Origin: an uncultured Muribaculaceae bacterium | GTDB lineage: Bacteria; Bacillota_I; Bacilli_A; RF39; UBA660 | Length of the DNA stretch: 61,141 nucleotides | Assembly (NCBI GenBank): GCA_964417835.1 | Contig: CAYQJD010000002.1 | Coordinates: forward strand, 1-61,141 | Direction: 5' to 3' | Shown: positions 1 through 9,414 of the stretch, one piece after another | Layout of the letters: each line of letters starts with the position of its first letter | Numbering within the stretch: the stretch's first letter is position 1 | Position numbers and translations under genes: made by a program | The notes under the pieces: model-generated | The model's database searches: none | What the model was told of the DNA's origin: nothing | What the model saw: only the letters and a program-made list of their open reading frames with translations

Positions 1-5
1 GATAC

Positions 6-1388
6 ATGTATGATGGAAAACAAGTTTTAAGATTTTCAACAAAATATAAAAGCAAAGATTTATATAATATTGGACAAGAAATGACTATTCGAAAAGGTAC
101 TGGAAATTACGATAAAGAAAGAACTAAATTTAATATTCATTATAAAGATATAAATAGTTATAACTTATATCAAGAAGTTAAAAATATATTAAACGAAAAT
201 AATATAGAATTTTTAAATAAAACTAAAACAAATATGCTTAATGGTGTAACTATTACTAGTGGACCTGAATTTTTTATGGCTCTAGGTATGAAGTTCAAAG
301 AAAGTGGTAGATATTATCAATCAGGTGATAAAAAAGGTCAAGCTATTATGGTACCAGATATAAAAAATAAAAATGATATACCAAAAGAAATAACAAAATA
401 TTTTGATTGTTGTTACGACTTTATTAAAAAGAAATTTGGTGAAGAAAACATTGTTTTAGCACAAGTACATTATGATGAAGATACTCCTCACCTACAAGCT
501 TATTTCTTGCCTATTGTTAATTCAGTAAAAAGAAAATCATATTTAAAAGATGACAAGGGTAATGTTGTTAAAGAAGTTGCTATAGGAAAAGATGGTACTG
601 AAAAATTAGTACCAAAATTAAATAGAGATAAACAAGGTAAAATCATTTATGAAATAGTTAAAGGTAAATTTTTAAATAATGATCAATTATGGAAAGATTT
701 AGGTGGTAAAAGTTCATATGCTAATTTACAAAATGAATTTAATAAATTTATTACCGAAAAAGGATTTAGATTAGATAGAGGAAATATTGGAAGTAACAAG
801 ATTCATACTGATAAATTAGAGTACAAAAAAGCCCAATTAATAGCAGAATTAGATAATATTAAGAAAAATATTACATTATCCCAAGAAGAACTTAAAAAGG
901 CCGAAAATATACTTAAAAACAGCATAAATAATAACTCATTTGATGAAATAGATTTAAAGAAAAAATTTACTTGGTACGATACAAAAGATGTTGAAAAATT
1001 AATCGACTACTCTACTAAATTAAAACAATTAAATGATATATCAAAGTATAACTTAGAATCAGAACAACGCAAAAATTTTTCATTAAGTAAAGAAAACGAT
1101 TTTTATAGAAATAACAAAGAATTAATAAAAATAAAACAAGAGAATCATAAACAATATAGATCAAATAAAGATTTAGAATCAAATAATGATTTCTTACAAG
1201 ATTCTTTATTTGAAATAGCTAGAGCATTATCTAATACATTAAAAATTAAACCATATAAAAACATATCATCATATTTAAATTTAGCTAAACAAATTAATTA
1301 TTCTGCATCACATATTAATCACGAGATGGATGAAGCAGCAGATGAATTTAGTAAATTATTTAATAACGATGATGATAGAGAGTTATAG
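6..1388 (+). CDS. mob: MobV-family (Mob/Pre) relaxase
   Basis: HxDE..PH motif 'VHYDEDTPHLQAYFLP'. N-terminal 'LRFSTKYKSKDLYNIGQEMTIR' resembles the MobM motif I region. Long Lys/Asn-rich coiled-coil C-half with an acidic tail. The frame is open to the window edge. Confidence 0.85.
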   Translation: MYDGKQVLRFSTKYKSKDLYNIGQEMTIRKGTGNYDKERTKFNIHYKDINSYNLYQEVKNILNENNIEFLNKTKTNMLNGVTITSGPEFFMALGMKFKESGRYYQSGDKKGQAIMVPDIKNKNDIPKEITKYFDCCYDFIKKKFGEENIVLAQVHYDEDTPHLQAYFLPIVNSVKRKSYLKDDKGNVVKEVAIGKDGTEKLVPKLNRDKQGKIIYEIVKGKFLNNDQLWKDLGGKSSYANLQNEFNKFITEKGFRLDRGNIGSNKIHTDKLEYKKAQLIAELDNIKKNITLSQEELKKAENILKNSINNNSFDEIDLKKKFTWYDTKDVEKLIDYSTKLKQLNDISKYNLESEQRKNFSLSKENDFYRNNKELIKIKQENHKQYRSNKDLESNNDFLQDSLFEIARALSNTLKIKPYKNISSYLNLAKQINYSASHINHEMDEAADEFSKLFNNDDDREL

Positions 1389-1403
1389 AAAGGATGTGAT
1401 TAT

Positions 1404-2513
1404 ATGGCTGTATATAAAGCAGATAAGCCATTAAAAAATGGTAATATATGGATTTTCTTTACTAGATATACTGATTTATCTGGTAAAAGAAAAGCCTATA
1501 AATCAAAAAAATATGCTACTAAAAAAGAAGCACAAGAAGCCGAAAGATTATTTCTACAATCATTAGATTATGAAACCGTTAGTAAGGATATGACTTTTAG
1601 GGAGTTATACCAACATTATTATGACTATCAAAAAGATAAGGTTAAACAAACTACCATTAAAACTTATAAAGATAGAATTAAATATTTAGATATTCTAGGA
1701 GATATTAAAGTAGTAGATTTAAATATTAATCATATAGAACAATGGAAAAAGAAAATGTATGAATATAATATATCCAATTCTTATCGTAATATGAACTACA
1801 AATTATTAAAAGCAATTCTTAACTATGGTAGTAAATGGTATAACTTTAACTTCAATAGTGTCTATAATAAAATGACTAACTTTACTGATCCAAATGAAAT
1901 AAAAAAGGAAATGCAATTTTATACATTTGAAGAGTTTCAAAAATTTATTTCTGTAGAAGATGATTTGAAGTTCAGATGTATTTTTAAAACATTTTATTAT
2001 TGTGGGCTTCGTAAAGGGGAACTTAGAGGTCTTGCTTGGCGGGATTTAAATTTAGAAGATGGAATTTTAAATGTAAGACAAAATGTTGTATCTAATCATG
2101 TAACTGGGGTTAAATATATAGTAAGTTCCCCTAAAACTAAAAAAAGTGCAAGAACAATACCTATTCCTAAACACTTAGTAAAAGAATTAAAGGAATATAA
2201 AGAATCTTGTAAAAAGATTTATGGTTTTAACGAAGATTACTTTGTATTTGGACATGGTGATCCAATTAACAATGATCCTATTTATAAAAGGAATAAAAGA
2301 AATAGTGAATTAGCTAATCTTAAAAAAATTAGAATACACGATTTTAGACATAGTTGTGCTTCCCTACTCATTAATAATAATGCTAGTATTACTTTGGTAG
2401 CAAATTACTTAGGACATACTAAAATAGACGAAACATTAAATACATATTCACATATGTATAAGAATTCATTAAATAGTTTAATGGATATATTAAATAAACT
2501 TGAAGAGGACTAA
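1404..2513 (+). CDS. int: Tyrosine site-specific recombinase (phage-integrase family)
   Basis: Catalytic signature 'GLRKGELRGLAWRDL' (Arg), 'IRIHDFRHSCASLLI' (H-x-x-R), 'LGHTKIDETLNTYSHM' (His..Tyr). N-terminal SAM-like core-binding region. Confidence 0.9.
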   Translation: MAVYKADKPLKNGNIWIFFTRYTDLSGKRKAYKSKKYATKKEAQEAERLFLQSLDYETVSKDMTFRELYQHYYDYQKDKVKQTTIKTYKDRIKYLDILGDIKVVDLNINHIEQWKKKMYEYNISNSYRNMNYKLLKAILNYGSKWYNFNFNSVYNKMTNFTDPNEIKKEMQFYTFEEFQKFISVEDDLKFRCIFKTFYYCGLRKGELRGLAWRDLNLEDGILNVRQNVVSNHVTGVKYIVSSPKTKKSARTIPIPKHLVKELKEYKESCKKIYGFNEDYFVFGHGDPINNDPIYKRNKRNSELANLKKIRIHDFRHSCASLLINNNASITLVANYLGHTKIDETLNTYSHMYKNSLNSLMDILNKLEED

Positions 2514-2516
2514 GCC

Positions 2517-3503
2517 TTAATTGGTTTGGTCCTCTTCTTTTTTTATTTGCTCATAAACTTTATATATAAAATTAGAGTTATAGTAATATCTAGAAGTTCC
2601 TTTTCTATTTGGATCTAAATATCTAGCTTTACAACAAATTTCTTCTTCTTGTAACAAATTTTTAGCTTTATTAAATTTATCATTTATTTTTAAATTATAC
2701 TTTTTTTTTAAATTAGCAATCATAGTAGAAAAATCTAAAGGATACATTTTTTTAAACAATTCATCATTAATTTCAACATTAATTCTTTTACCCTCTTTGG
2801 CATATTGAATTAGCAAGGCTTCATCCGTCTCTACTTTAGTAAATTTTAGTTCCGTTTTTATGCAAACATCAAAATCGTCATTACCATCTGCTGCTGATGA
2901 TGCTAAATTAATATAATTTACAAAATTCTTTTGAGCAACCTCTAAATTTAATGACTCTACATTTTCATCGATTTCTGAAAAATTAATAGGTGTAATAAAA
3001 AAATTATAATTAGATAAATTAAAATTATTAAACCATTTTTCTATTAATCTATAATAGTTTTTCACAGCGGCTACACATATAGTATATAGTTTATATTTTA
3101 ATAGACTATTATTATTAAGAAAATGGACTGAATTATCTCTAATCTCTATCAACAATGAAATGTTTTCATATATATTTTGAGTAATTTTTTTCTGATTCTT
3201 CAATAAAGTCATAACATTCATTATTCCTCTGGTCATCGGTTCTCCTATTCTGTTTCTTTTAATATATTCTCTTTTACTAGATGAATCATCGGCTAATTTT
3301 TTCTTTTCATATACATATATGCTTCTAAGACTTTTGGTATCATCAACTATTTTAGCTTTAAATAATAATTCATACGCATTTATCATTAAAACAGAGAAAC
3401 TTTCTTCCCTATAATCAATATTTGGCTTGTTATATAATTCGACAGCTAATAAGGCAGCATCTAAAGACTTTTCTAATAACTTATAAGATGTTTTTTTTGA
3501 CAT
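2517..3503 (-). CDS. Orphan alpha-helical protein with a HEPN-like Rx4H motif (DUF3644-like by recollection). Start moved to 'MSKKTSYK', which has the SD GGGGTGA.
   Basis: 'IEIRDNSVHF' (R-x4-H) is encoded at nt 3123-3140. N-terminal 'LDAALLAVELYNKPNIDYREESFSVLMINAYELLFKAKI'. Convergent with int, stops 3 nt apart. Confidence 0.55.
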   Translation of the reverse strand: MSKKTSYKLLEKSLDAALLAVELYNKPNIDYREESFSVLMINAYELLFKAKIVDDTKSLRSIYVYEKKKLADDSSSKREYIKRNRIGEPMTRGIMNVMTLLKNQKKITQNIYENISLLIEIRDNSVHFLNNNSLLKYKLYTICVAAVKNYYRLIEKWFNNFNLSNYNFFITPINFSEIDENVESLNLEVAQKNFVNYINLASSAADGNDDFDVCIKTELKFTKVETDEALLIQYAKEGKRINVEINDELFKKMYPLDFSTMIANLKKKYNLKINDKFNKAKNLLQEEEICCKARYLDPNRKGTSRYYYNSNFIYKVYEQIKKEEDQTN

Positions 3504-3673
3504 AATATCACCCCAAATCAAAAAAGATATCATAATTTTAATGATATCTAAGCTATTTTAATTATACAACTTTTTCTTGCTTTTTCCTATAAAATCAATG
3601 TTTTTTCTTAAAATTGCAACCTATTTGCAACCTTTTTAAATGTATAAATCAAAGAAACCCTTTAAATACAAAC

Positions 3674-3770
3674 AAAAATGGAGCCATAAGGCTCCTTCAG
3701 GGGGTTTTGGTTGATACACTCTAACTACAATGTCGTTAGAGATATCTGCATGATATTATATCATGCCTAT
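3674..3770 (-). ncRNA. Candidate small RNA A (~95 nt): two hairpins, C-rich single-stranded stretch, intrinsic terminator
   Basis: Minus-strand promoter TTGACA (3803-3798), 17-nt spacer, TAAAAT (3780-3775). Hairpins GCATGATAT/ATATCATGC and CTCTAAC/GTTAGAG, then 'CAACCAAAACCCCC'. Terminator GGAGCC-TTAT-GGCTCC followed by TTTTT. No ORF. Confidence 0.4.
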
Positions 3771-3890
3771 AATCATTTTATAATTATTTTTATTCTTTGT
3801 CAATTAAATATTAAAGTTTTTTTTAAAACTTTTTGGCTTAATTAATTTTATAAAAGTTTGAATAAAAATAATTATTCATTAACAATTTTT

Positions 3891-5870
3891 TTAGTTTGTA
3901 ATAGAAACAGATTTTAATAAATTAATATAATAATCTTCTTGAATTCCATTATTTAAAAAATCGATTGAATCTTTATTAGCTTGTTTTAAAATATTAAAAT
4001 CTCTTTTTATATCAGCCATCTTAAATTTCAATTCACCACTTTGTTTTGTACCAAAAAGATTACCACTTCCTCGTAATTCAAAGTCTTTTTCAGATATATA
4101 AAATCCATCATTTGAGGTTTCTAATATTTTAAGTCTATCAATATCATAATTGCTTATTAATAAACAATATGAATCCAAATCATTTCTACCTACCCGACCT
4201 CTTAGTTGGTGAAGCGTTGATAACCCAAATCTTTCTGCATTAAATATAACAATACATGTTGCATTTTTTACATCAACACCAACTTCAACTACAGTTGTTG
4301 CAATTAAAACTTTAGTATCCCCATTTTTGAAATTATTCATAATAATCTCTTTATCTTTATTTTTTAATTTTCCATGAATTATATCTATTTGAATTTTATT
4401 GTTAAAAGCTAAATTTAATTTTTCTTTTAATTTATTTACATCATATAAATTGCTTTCATTTTTATCGTCAACAAGTGATGATACCACATAGATTTGATGG
4501 CCTTTTTTTAATTCACTTAGCATTATTTCTAAACATTCTTTTATTTCATTTTCTTTATAAAGTTTAGTTTTTATTTCTTTACGTCCAGATGGTTTGGTTT
4601 TTATTTCTGAAATATCCATATCACCAAAGATTGTTAATGCATATGTTCTTGGTATAGGAGTTGCTGACATATATAAAACGTTGGCATTTTCTCCTTTAGC
4701 CTGAAGATTATGTCTTTGTTTTACTCCAAATCTATGTTGTTCATCAGTAATAATAAGACCTAATTTATTAAATATTACTTCTTCATTGATAATAGAATGA
4801 GTTCCTATAATACAATCTATTTTGTTTTCTTTTAAATCATTGATTAACTGTCTTCTTTTACTTTTAGAAGTGCTTGAGGTTAAAATTTCAACTTTAATGT
4901 CTTTAAATAATTTCTTCATATTTTCAAAATGTTGATATACTAATATTTCTGTTGGAGCTAAAAATGCAGATTGAAATCCAGTAAGGTAATTTGCATATAT
5001 TGCTAGAAAAGCAACTATGGTTTTTCCACTTCCTACATCCCCTACAATAATTCTGTTCATCACTTTTGAAGAACCAAAGTCTTCTAGTATGTCATTTATT
5101 GCTTTTGTTTGATCTTTTGTTAGTTGAAATGGAAGGCTTGCTATTGTTTTATTAAATATATCCATATCTAACTTTCTTTTATTTAAAACTACATTCTCAT
5201 TTCTTTTGATTTTTAAATAGTTAATTTTTAACATAAATTCAAAAAATTCTTTATATATAAAAACTAATTTTGCTTGTTTTAGTTTTTTTATATCTTTTGG
5301 ATTATGAATTTCTATAAGTGCATCTCTTTCTGAAATAAATTTATATTTAGTAGTTATATAATCTGGTAAGGTGTTTTTTATCTTGCAATAAGATAAAGCT
5401 TTATTTATAAGCTTATTTATTGATTTATTTTTTATACTTCCAATCGGATGATAAACAGGTTCTATCACTTCTTTTTTTAACGGTTCTAATAATATATTGT
5501 TGACACTAAAAGTATTTTTATTTTTATCATATCTTCCTGTAATACATATTTCTTTACCAACTATCAATTTGTTTTTTAAATATCCTCTATTAAATAGAAT
5601 AACATTTATTAATTTATTAGAAGTTAAAAGTCGAAAAGTTAAGTAATTAAAATTTCTTTTTATATAAACTATCTTAGGCACTGAATCAATCACACCATTA
5701 ATTGTTAATCTATTAAATTGCTCTGGTTGTGATTGATTTATATCTTGAGGACAATAAAAATTATATTTATATGGTAAATATTCTATTAAATCATTCACAG
5801 TAAATATATCTATTTTTTTAAATTCGTTAATAATTTTTTCTCCAATTCCTGGTATGTGTTCTAGATTCAT
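3891..5870 (-). CDS. recG: ATP-dependent DNA helicase RecG
   Basis: 'GDVGSGKT', 'DEQHRFGV', 'MSATPIPRT', 'LHQLRGRVGR'; N-terminal wedge/OB region. Confidence 0.95.
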   Translation of the reverse strand: MNLEHIPGIGEKIINEFKKIDIFTVNDLIEYLPYKYNFYCPQDINQSQPEQFNRLTINGVIDSVPKIVYIKRNFNYLTFRLLTSNKLINVILFNRGYLKNKLIVGKEICITGRYDKNKNTFSVNNILLEPLKKEVIEPVYHPIGSIKNKSINKLINKALSYCKIKNTLPDYITTKYKFISERDALIEIHNPKDIKKLKQAKLVFIYKEFFEFMLKINYLKIKRNENVVLNKRKLDMDIFNKTIASLPFQLTKDQTKAINDILEDFGSSKVMNRIIVGDVGSGKTIVAFLAIYANYLTGFQSAFLAPTEILVYQHFENMKKLFKDIKVEILTSSTSKSKRRQLINDLKENKIDCIIGTHSIINEEVIFNKLGLIITDEQHRFGVKQRHNLQAKGENANVLYMSATPIPRTYALTIFGDMDISEIKTKPSGRKEIKTKLYKENEIKECLEIMLSELKKGHQIYVVSSLVDDKNESNLYDVNKLKEKLNLAFNNKIQIDIIHGKLKNKDKEIIMNNFKNGDTKVLIATTVVEVGVDVKNATCIVIFNAERFGLSTLHQLRGRVGRNDLDSYCLLISNYDIDRLKILETSNDGFYISEKDFELRGSGNLFGTKQSGELKFKMADIKRDFNILKQANKDSIDFLNNGIQEDYYINLLKSVSITN

Positions 5871-5944
5871 AAATACTCCTTAATTTTTTTTATTTTTTCT
5901 TAAAAAAGTGTTGACAAAACATTATTTTTCAATTAGTATATGAA

Positions 5945-6040
5945 GTACCAATTCACTTTGAAAGCGAATTGGTGCTAGTATCACACTAGCCAACCCCTTT
6001 TTATTCTTTGAAGTTGTCTCAGGGGGCAACTTCTTTTTTT
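5945..6040 (+). ncRNA. Candidate small RNA B (~95 nt), same architecture as candidate A
   Basis: Promoter TTGACA (5911-5916), 17-nt spacer, TAGTAT (5934-5939). Hairpins ACCAATTC/GAATTGGT and GCTAGT/ACTAGC, then 'CCAACCCCTTTTTATTCTTTGAAG'. Terminator GAAGTTG-TCTCAGGGGG-CAACTTC followed by TTTTTTT. No plausible ORF. Confidence 0.4.
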
Positions 6041-9000
6041 ATATTAAATTTTTATAATATTCATATCTTTTTATGGCATATTCTTTTTGTTCATTTAAAA
6101 GAGTTTTTGCTAATTTTTCATTTTTTAATTTTAAAGAGTTATATCTTACTTCATTATTTAAAAATTGTCCATATTTTTCAAAGTTGGGCTCTTTAGAATC
6201 TATATATAAAGTGTTATTTTTATATCTCATTAATATATTATAACCACATTCAACAGATAATTTTTCCTGTTCAATAGAATTTATTAGCCCACCTTTAATT
6301 CCGTGTTCGATGCATGGCGAATAAGCAATTATGATTGATGGACCATTATGTTCTTCTGCTTCCATAAAACTTTTTATTGTTTGCATTGGATCTGCTCCCA
6401 AGCATACACTGGCCACATATATATTTTCATAGCAAGTTGCAATTTTAAATAAATCCTTTTTATTAGTAACTTTCCCATTACTTGCAAATTTAGTTACAGA
6501 GCCTTTTTTTGTAGATTTAGATGCTTGTCCTCCAGTATTAGAATAAACTTCTGTATCCAATATTAAAATATTAATGTTTTCATTCGATGATAAAATTTGA
6601 TCAATACCATTATATCCAATATCATATGCCCAACCATCGCCTCCAATACACCAAACACTTCTTGCTTCAATATAATTTATAAGATTTTTATCAAAATTTG
6701 TTTTGGTAAGTTTTTCTCTAATGTCTTTTGTAATTTCATAATTGTCTTTATTTTCAAGCCATTCTTTAAATAAAGGATTTTTTTTATCCAAATTCATAAT
6801 ATTTTCTATCTCTAATTGTTTTTGTTTATAGGATTTATATATTCCAAAACCAAATTCAGCATTATCTTCAAATAAACTATTTGCCCATGGAATATTATAT
6901 GGTGTACTTGGGCATGATGCTCCATAAATACTCGAACATCCTGTTGCGTTGGCTATAATCAGTTTATGTCCAAATAATTGTGTTAGTAGCTTTATATATG
7001 GCGTTTCTCCACAACCCGCGCAAGCACCAGAAAATTCAAATAATGATTTTTTAAATTGACTTCCCTTAATAGTCGTAATTGGAAGATTAGAACTATTTTC
7101 AAAATTATTGAAAACTTCTGTTTCTAAAGATGAAAGTTTACAAGTTTCTCCTAATTTTAAAGCTTTTCTCCCAGCTTTTCCAGGACAAATTTGTACACAC
7201 AATCCACATCCAGTACAATCTTCTTTGCTTATTAAAATAGAAAAGTTTTTATCTGTTGCCAATTCTTTAATACTTTCTATGTTTTTAGAGCTGTCTAAAA
7301 CAGGTCTGATTACAGCGTGAGGACAAACTAAGGAGCATAAACCACACTGTATACAATTTTCTTTAATCCAATGCGCAGAATATTTTGATAATGATCTTTT
7401 CTCATCTTTTGAATTGCCTCCAGGTAATATACCAGTACATAAGTTAAAAAGTTCAGAAGTGGATAAATCATTTCCTAATCCTATATTTAACTTTTCTATA
7501 ATATTTAAATTCTTTTTTAAATCTGTTGTTCTTTTAGTGTTAATATTAACTTTAACTAAAGATATATTTTCTATTGCTCTAATATTTGAATTTATGATTT
7601 CTTTCCCTTTTGATTTGAATCTTTCTCTTATTAGATCTATAAGTATATTTTTGTAATTTGGAATATTTAATTTATTTAAAATTATACTTTCAATTATAAT
7701 GCCTATTCTTCCTGGGATACCATTTTCAATAGAAATTTTGTCTGCATTTATAGTAAATACATTTATATTTTTTTTATTTATAATTTCTTTATTATCATTT
7801 GACAAAAATAAATTCAATTCTTTTTCAGATTTTGGTGAGTTAATTATAAGGATTCCATTATTTACAATATTTTTTAATAAATCATATTTATTTAAATAAA
7901 TGTCTTTAGTTACTATTATTATTTTAGGGCTCTCAATATAATAAGGAGCTTCAATTTTTTTATCTTTAAATCTCAAATGAGAAACAGTAAGGCCTCCACT
8001 TTTCTTTGAATCATATTCAAAATATCCTTGAACATATTTATCTCGACCTATTATTTTTAATAAATCTTTTGACGCCCCAACTGATCCGTCAGACCCATAG
8101 CCATAAATTTTAATTTCTTCACATTGCAAGTCAAAATTATATTTAAAATTTTGCAAACTAGTTTTATTTAAATCATCTTTTATACCTATTGTAAAATTAT
8201 TTTTTAAATCTAAAGAAAGCATTTTATATACATTATATATATCATTGGGACTAGTATTTTTACCACCTAATCCATATCTTCCTCCAACTATGTTAATATC
8301 TTTATCTTTTAAAGCAGCTAGTATATCAAGATATAAAGGTGATCCTAAACTGCCCGCTTCATTAGTTCTATCTAATACCGCAATATTTTTGACTGTTGAT
8401 GGTAAAACATCAATAAAATGTTCTACGCTAAATGGCCTATACAAATGCACTTCAATTAATCCGACTGTATTAACATCATCAACAACATGTTTAATCGTTT
8501 CATTAACTGATCCCATTGCAATAATTACATTTTGAGCATCTTTATTACCATAATAATTAAAGAGTTTATAATTTGTTCCCATAATTTTGTTAATTTCATT
8601 CATATATTTTTCGACTACATAAGGGATTTTGTTATAAAAATTATTCCTTGCTTCAGTACATTGAAAATATATATCTTCGTTCTGAGCCGAACCTCTGGTT
8701 ATAATATTAGAAGGATTTAAAGCATTATTTTTAAAATTTGTAATTTTATCGTATGGTATTATTTTTTTTAACTTATCATAATTTAATTCTTCAATTTTAT
8801 TAATTTCGTGACTAGTTCTAAATCCATCAAAAAAGTGTAAAAAAGGAGCCGAAGCATTTAAACTTGATAAATGCGCTACAGCAGCTAAGTCTTGCGCTTC
8901 TTGAACGTTATTTGACGCCAGGATACAAAAACCAGTTTTACTTGCAGCATATATATCTTGATGGTCCCCTTGAATATTTAAAGCATGAGTAGCTAATGCT

Positions 9001-9332
9001 CTAGAAGCTACATGTATTACACAAGGTAGCATTTCTCCTGCGATTTTATACATGTTTGGTATCATTAAAAGTAATCCTTGACTTGATGTAAAAGTAGTTG
9101 CAATAGTTCCAGAAATTAAAGCTCCATGCAATGCACCAGCTACACCTGCCTCGCTTTGCATTTCAATAACATCTGTTATTTTATCATATAAGTTTAAAAA
9201 ATTAGAATTTTTAAGCTCATCTGCTCTGGATGCCATTGGACTAGAAGGAGTTATTGGATATATAAAGCTCATTTCACTAAATTTATAAGCTACATTTGCA
9301 CAAGCATTATTTCCGTCAGTAATACTATACAT
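6039..9332 (-). CDS. nifJ: Pyruvate:ferredoxin (flavodoxin) oxidoreductase
   Basis: Two 4Fe-4S motifs 'CIQCGLCSLVCPHA' and 'CTGCGLCVQICP'. TPP region 'GGDGWAYDIG'. Single-polypeptide PFOR domain order. Confidence 0.95.
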   Translation of the reverse strand: MYSITDGNNACANVAYKFSEMSFIYPITPSSPMASRADELKNSNFLNLYDKITDVIEMQSEAGVAGALHGALISGTIATTFTSSQGLLLMIPNMYKIAGEMLPCVIHVASRALATHALNIQGDHQDIYAASKTGFCILASNNVQEAQDLAAVAHLSSLNASAPFLHFFDGFRTSHEINKIEELNYDKLKKIIPYDKITNFKNNALNPSNIITRGSAQNEDIYFQCTEARNNFYNKIPYVVEKYMNEINKIMGTNYKLFNYYGNKDAQNVIIAMGSVNETIKHVVDDVNTVGLIEVHLYRPFSVEHFIDVLPSTVKNIAVLDRTNEAGSLGSPLYLDILAALKDKDINIVGGRYGLGGKNTSPNDIYNVYKMLSLDLKNNFTIGIKDDLNKTSLQNFKYNFDLQCEEIKIYGYGSDGSVGASKDLLKIIGRDKYVQGYFEYDSKKSGGLTVSHLRFKDKKIEAPYYIESPKIIIVTKDIYLNKYDLLKNIVNNGILIINSPKSEKELNLFLSNDNKEIINKKNINVFTINADKISIENGIPGRIGIIIESIILNKLNIPNYKNILIDLIRERFKSKGKEIINSNIRAIENISLVKVNINTKRTTDLKKNLNIIEKLNIGLGNDLSTSELFNLCTGILPGGNSKDEKRSLSKYSAHWIKENCIQCGLCSLVCPHAVIRPVLDSSKNIESIKELATDKNFSILISKEDCTGCGLCVQICPGKAGRKALKLGETCKLSSLETEVFNNFENSSNLPITTIKGSQFKKSLFEFSGACAGCGETPYIKLLTQLFGHKLIIANATGCSSIYGASCPSTPYNIPWANSLFEDNAEFGFGIYKSYKQKQLEIENIMNLDKKNPLFKEWLENKDNYEITKDIREKLTKTNFDKNLINYIEARSVWCIGGDGWAYDIGYNGIDQILSSNENINILILDTEVYSNTGGQASKSTKKGSVTKFASNGKVTNKKDLFKIATCYENIYVASVCLGADPMQTIKSFMEAEEHNGPSIIIAYSPCIEHGIKGGLINSIEQEKLSVECGYNILMRYKNNTLYIDSKEPNFEKYGQFLNNEVRYNSLKLKNEKLAKTLLNEQKEYAIKRYEYYKNLI

Positions 9333-9384
9333 ATTATCACATTCTTTCTAATAAATATTATATATTATAATATTAAAAATACAA

Positions 9385-9414
9385 ATAAAAAAGAATACGT
9401 TAGTTTGTATTCTT
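9385..9414 (-). terminator. Intrinsic terminator after orf179
   Basis: Minus strand reads AAGAATAC-loop-GTATTCTT followed by TTTTTT; the stop codon lies in the loop. Confidence 0.6.

Larger units (their letters stand above)
1..3660. mobile_element. Right-hand part of an integrative mobilizable element (MobV relaxase + tyrosine integrase + one cargo gene). The left end is outside the window; the right end is not mapped precisely (between ~3540 and ~3674).
   Basis: Relaxase and integrase ORFs lie 16 nt apart on the + strand with a convergent cargo ORF. Conserved housekeeping genes (recG) begin immediately to the right. No att repeat is identifiable because the other end is missing. Confidence 0.6.

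Noticed and set aside
7108-8720. Five + strand ORFs (7108-7320, 7414-7656, 7699-7899, 8245-8535, 8532-8720) and 6008-6196
   Set aside because: All are antisense to, or overlap, the well-supported nifJ gene. Their Phe/Ile/Leu/Ser-rich, low-complexity translations are typical of the reverse frame of AT-rich genes, and they have no SD.
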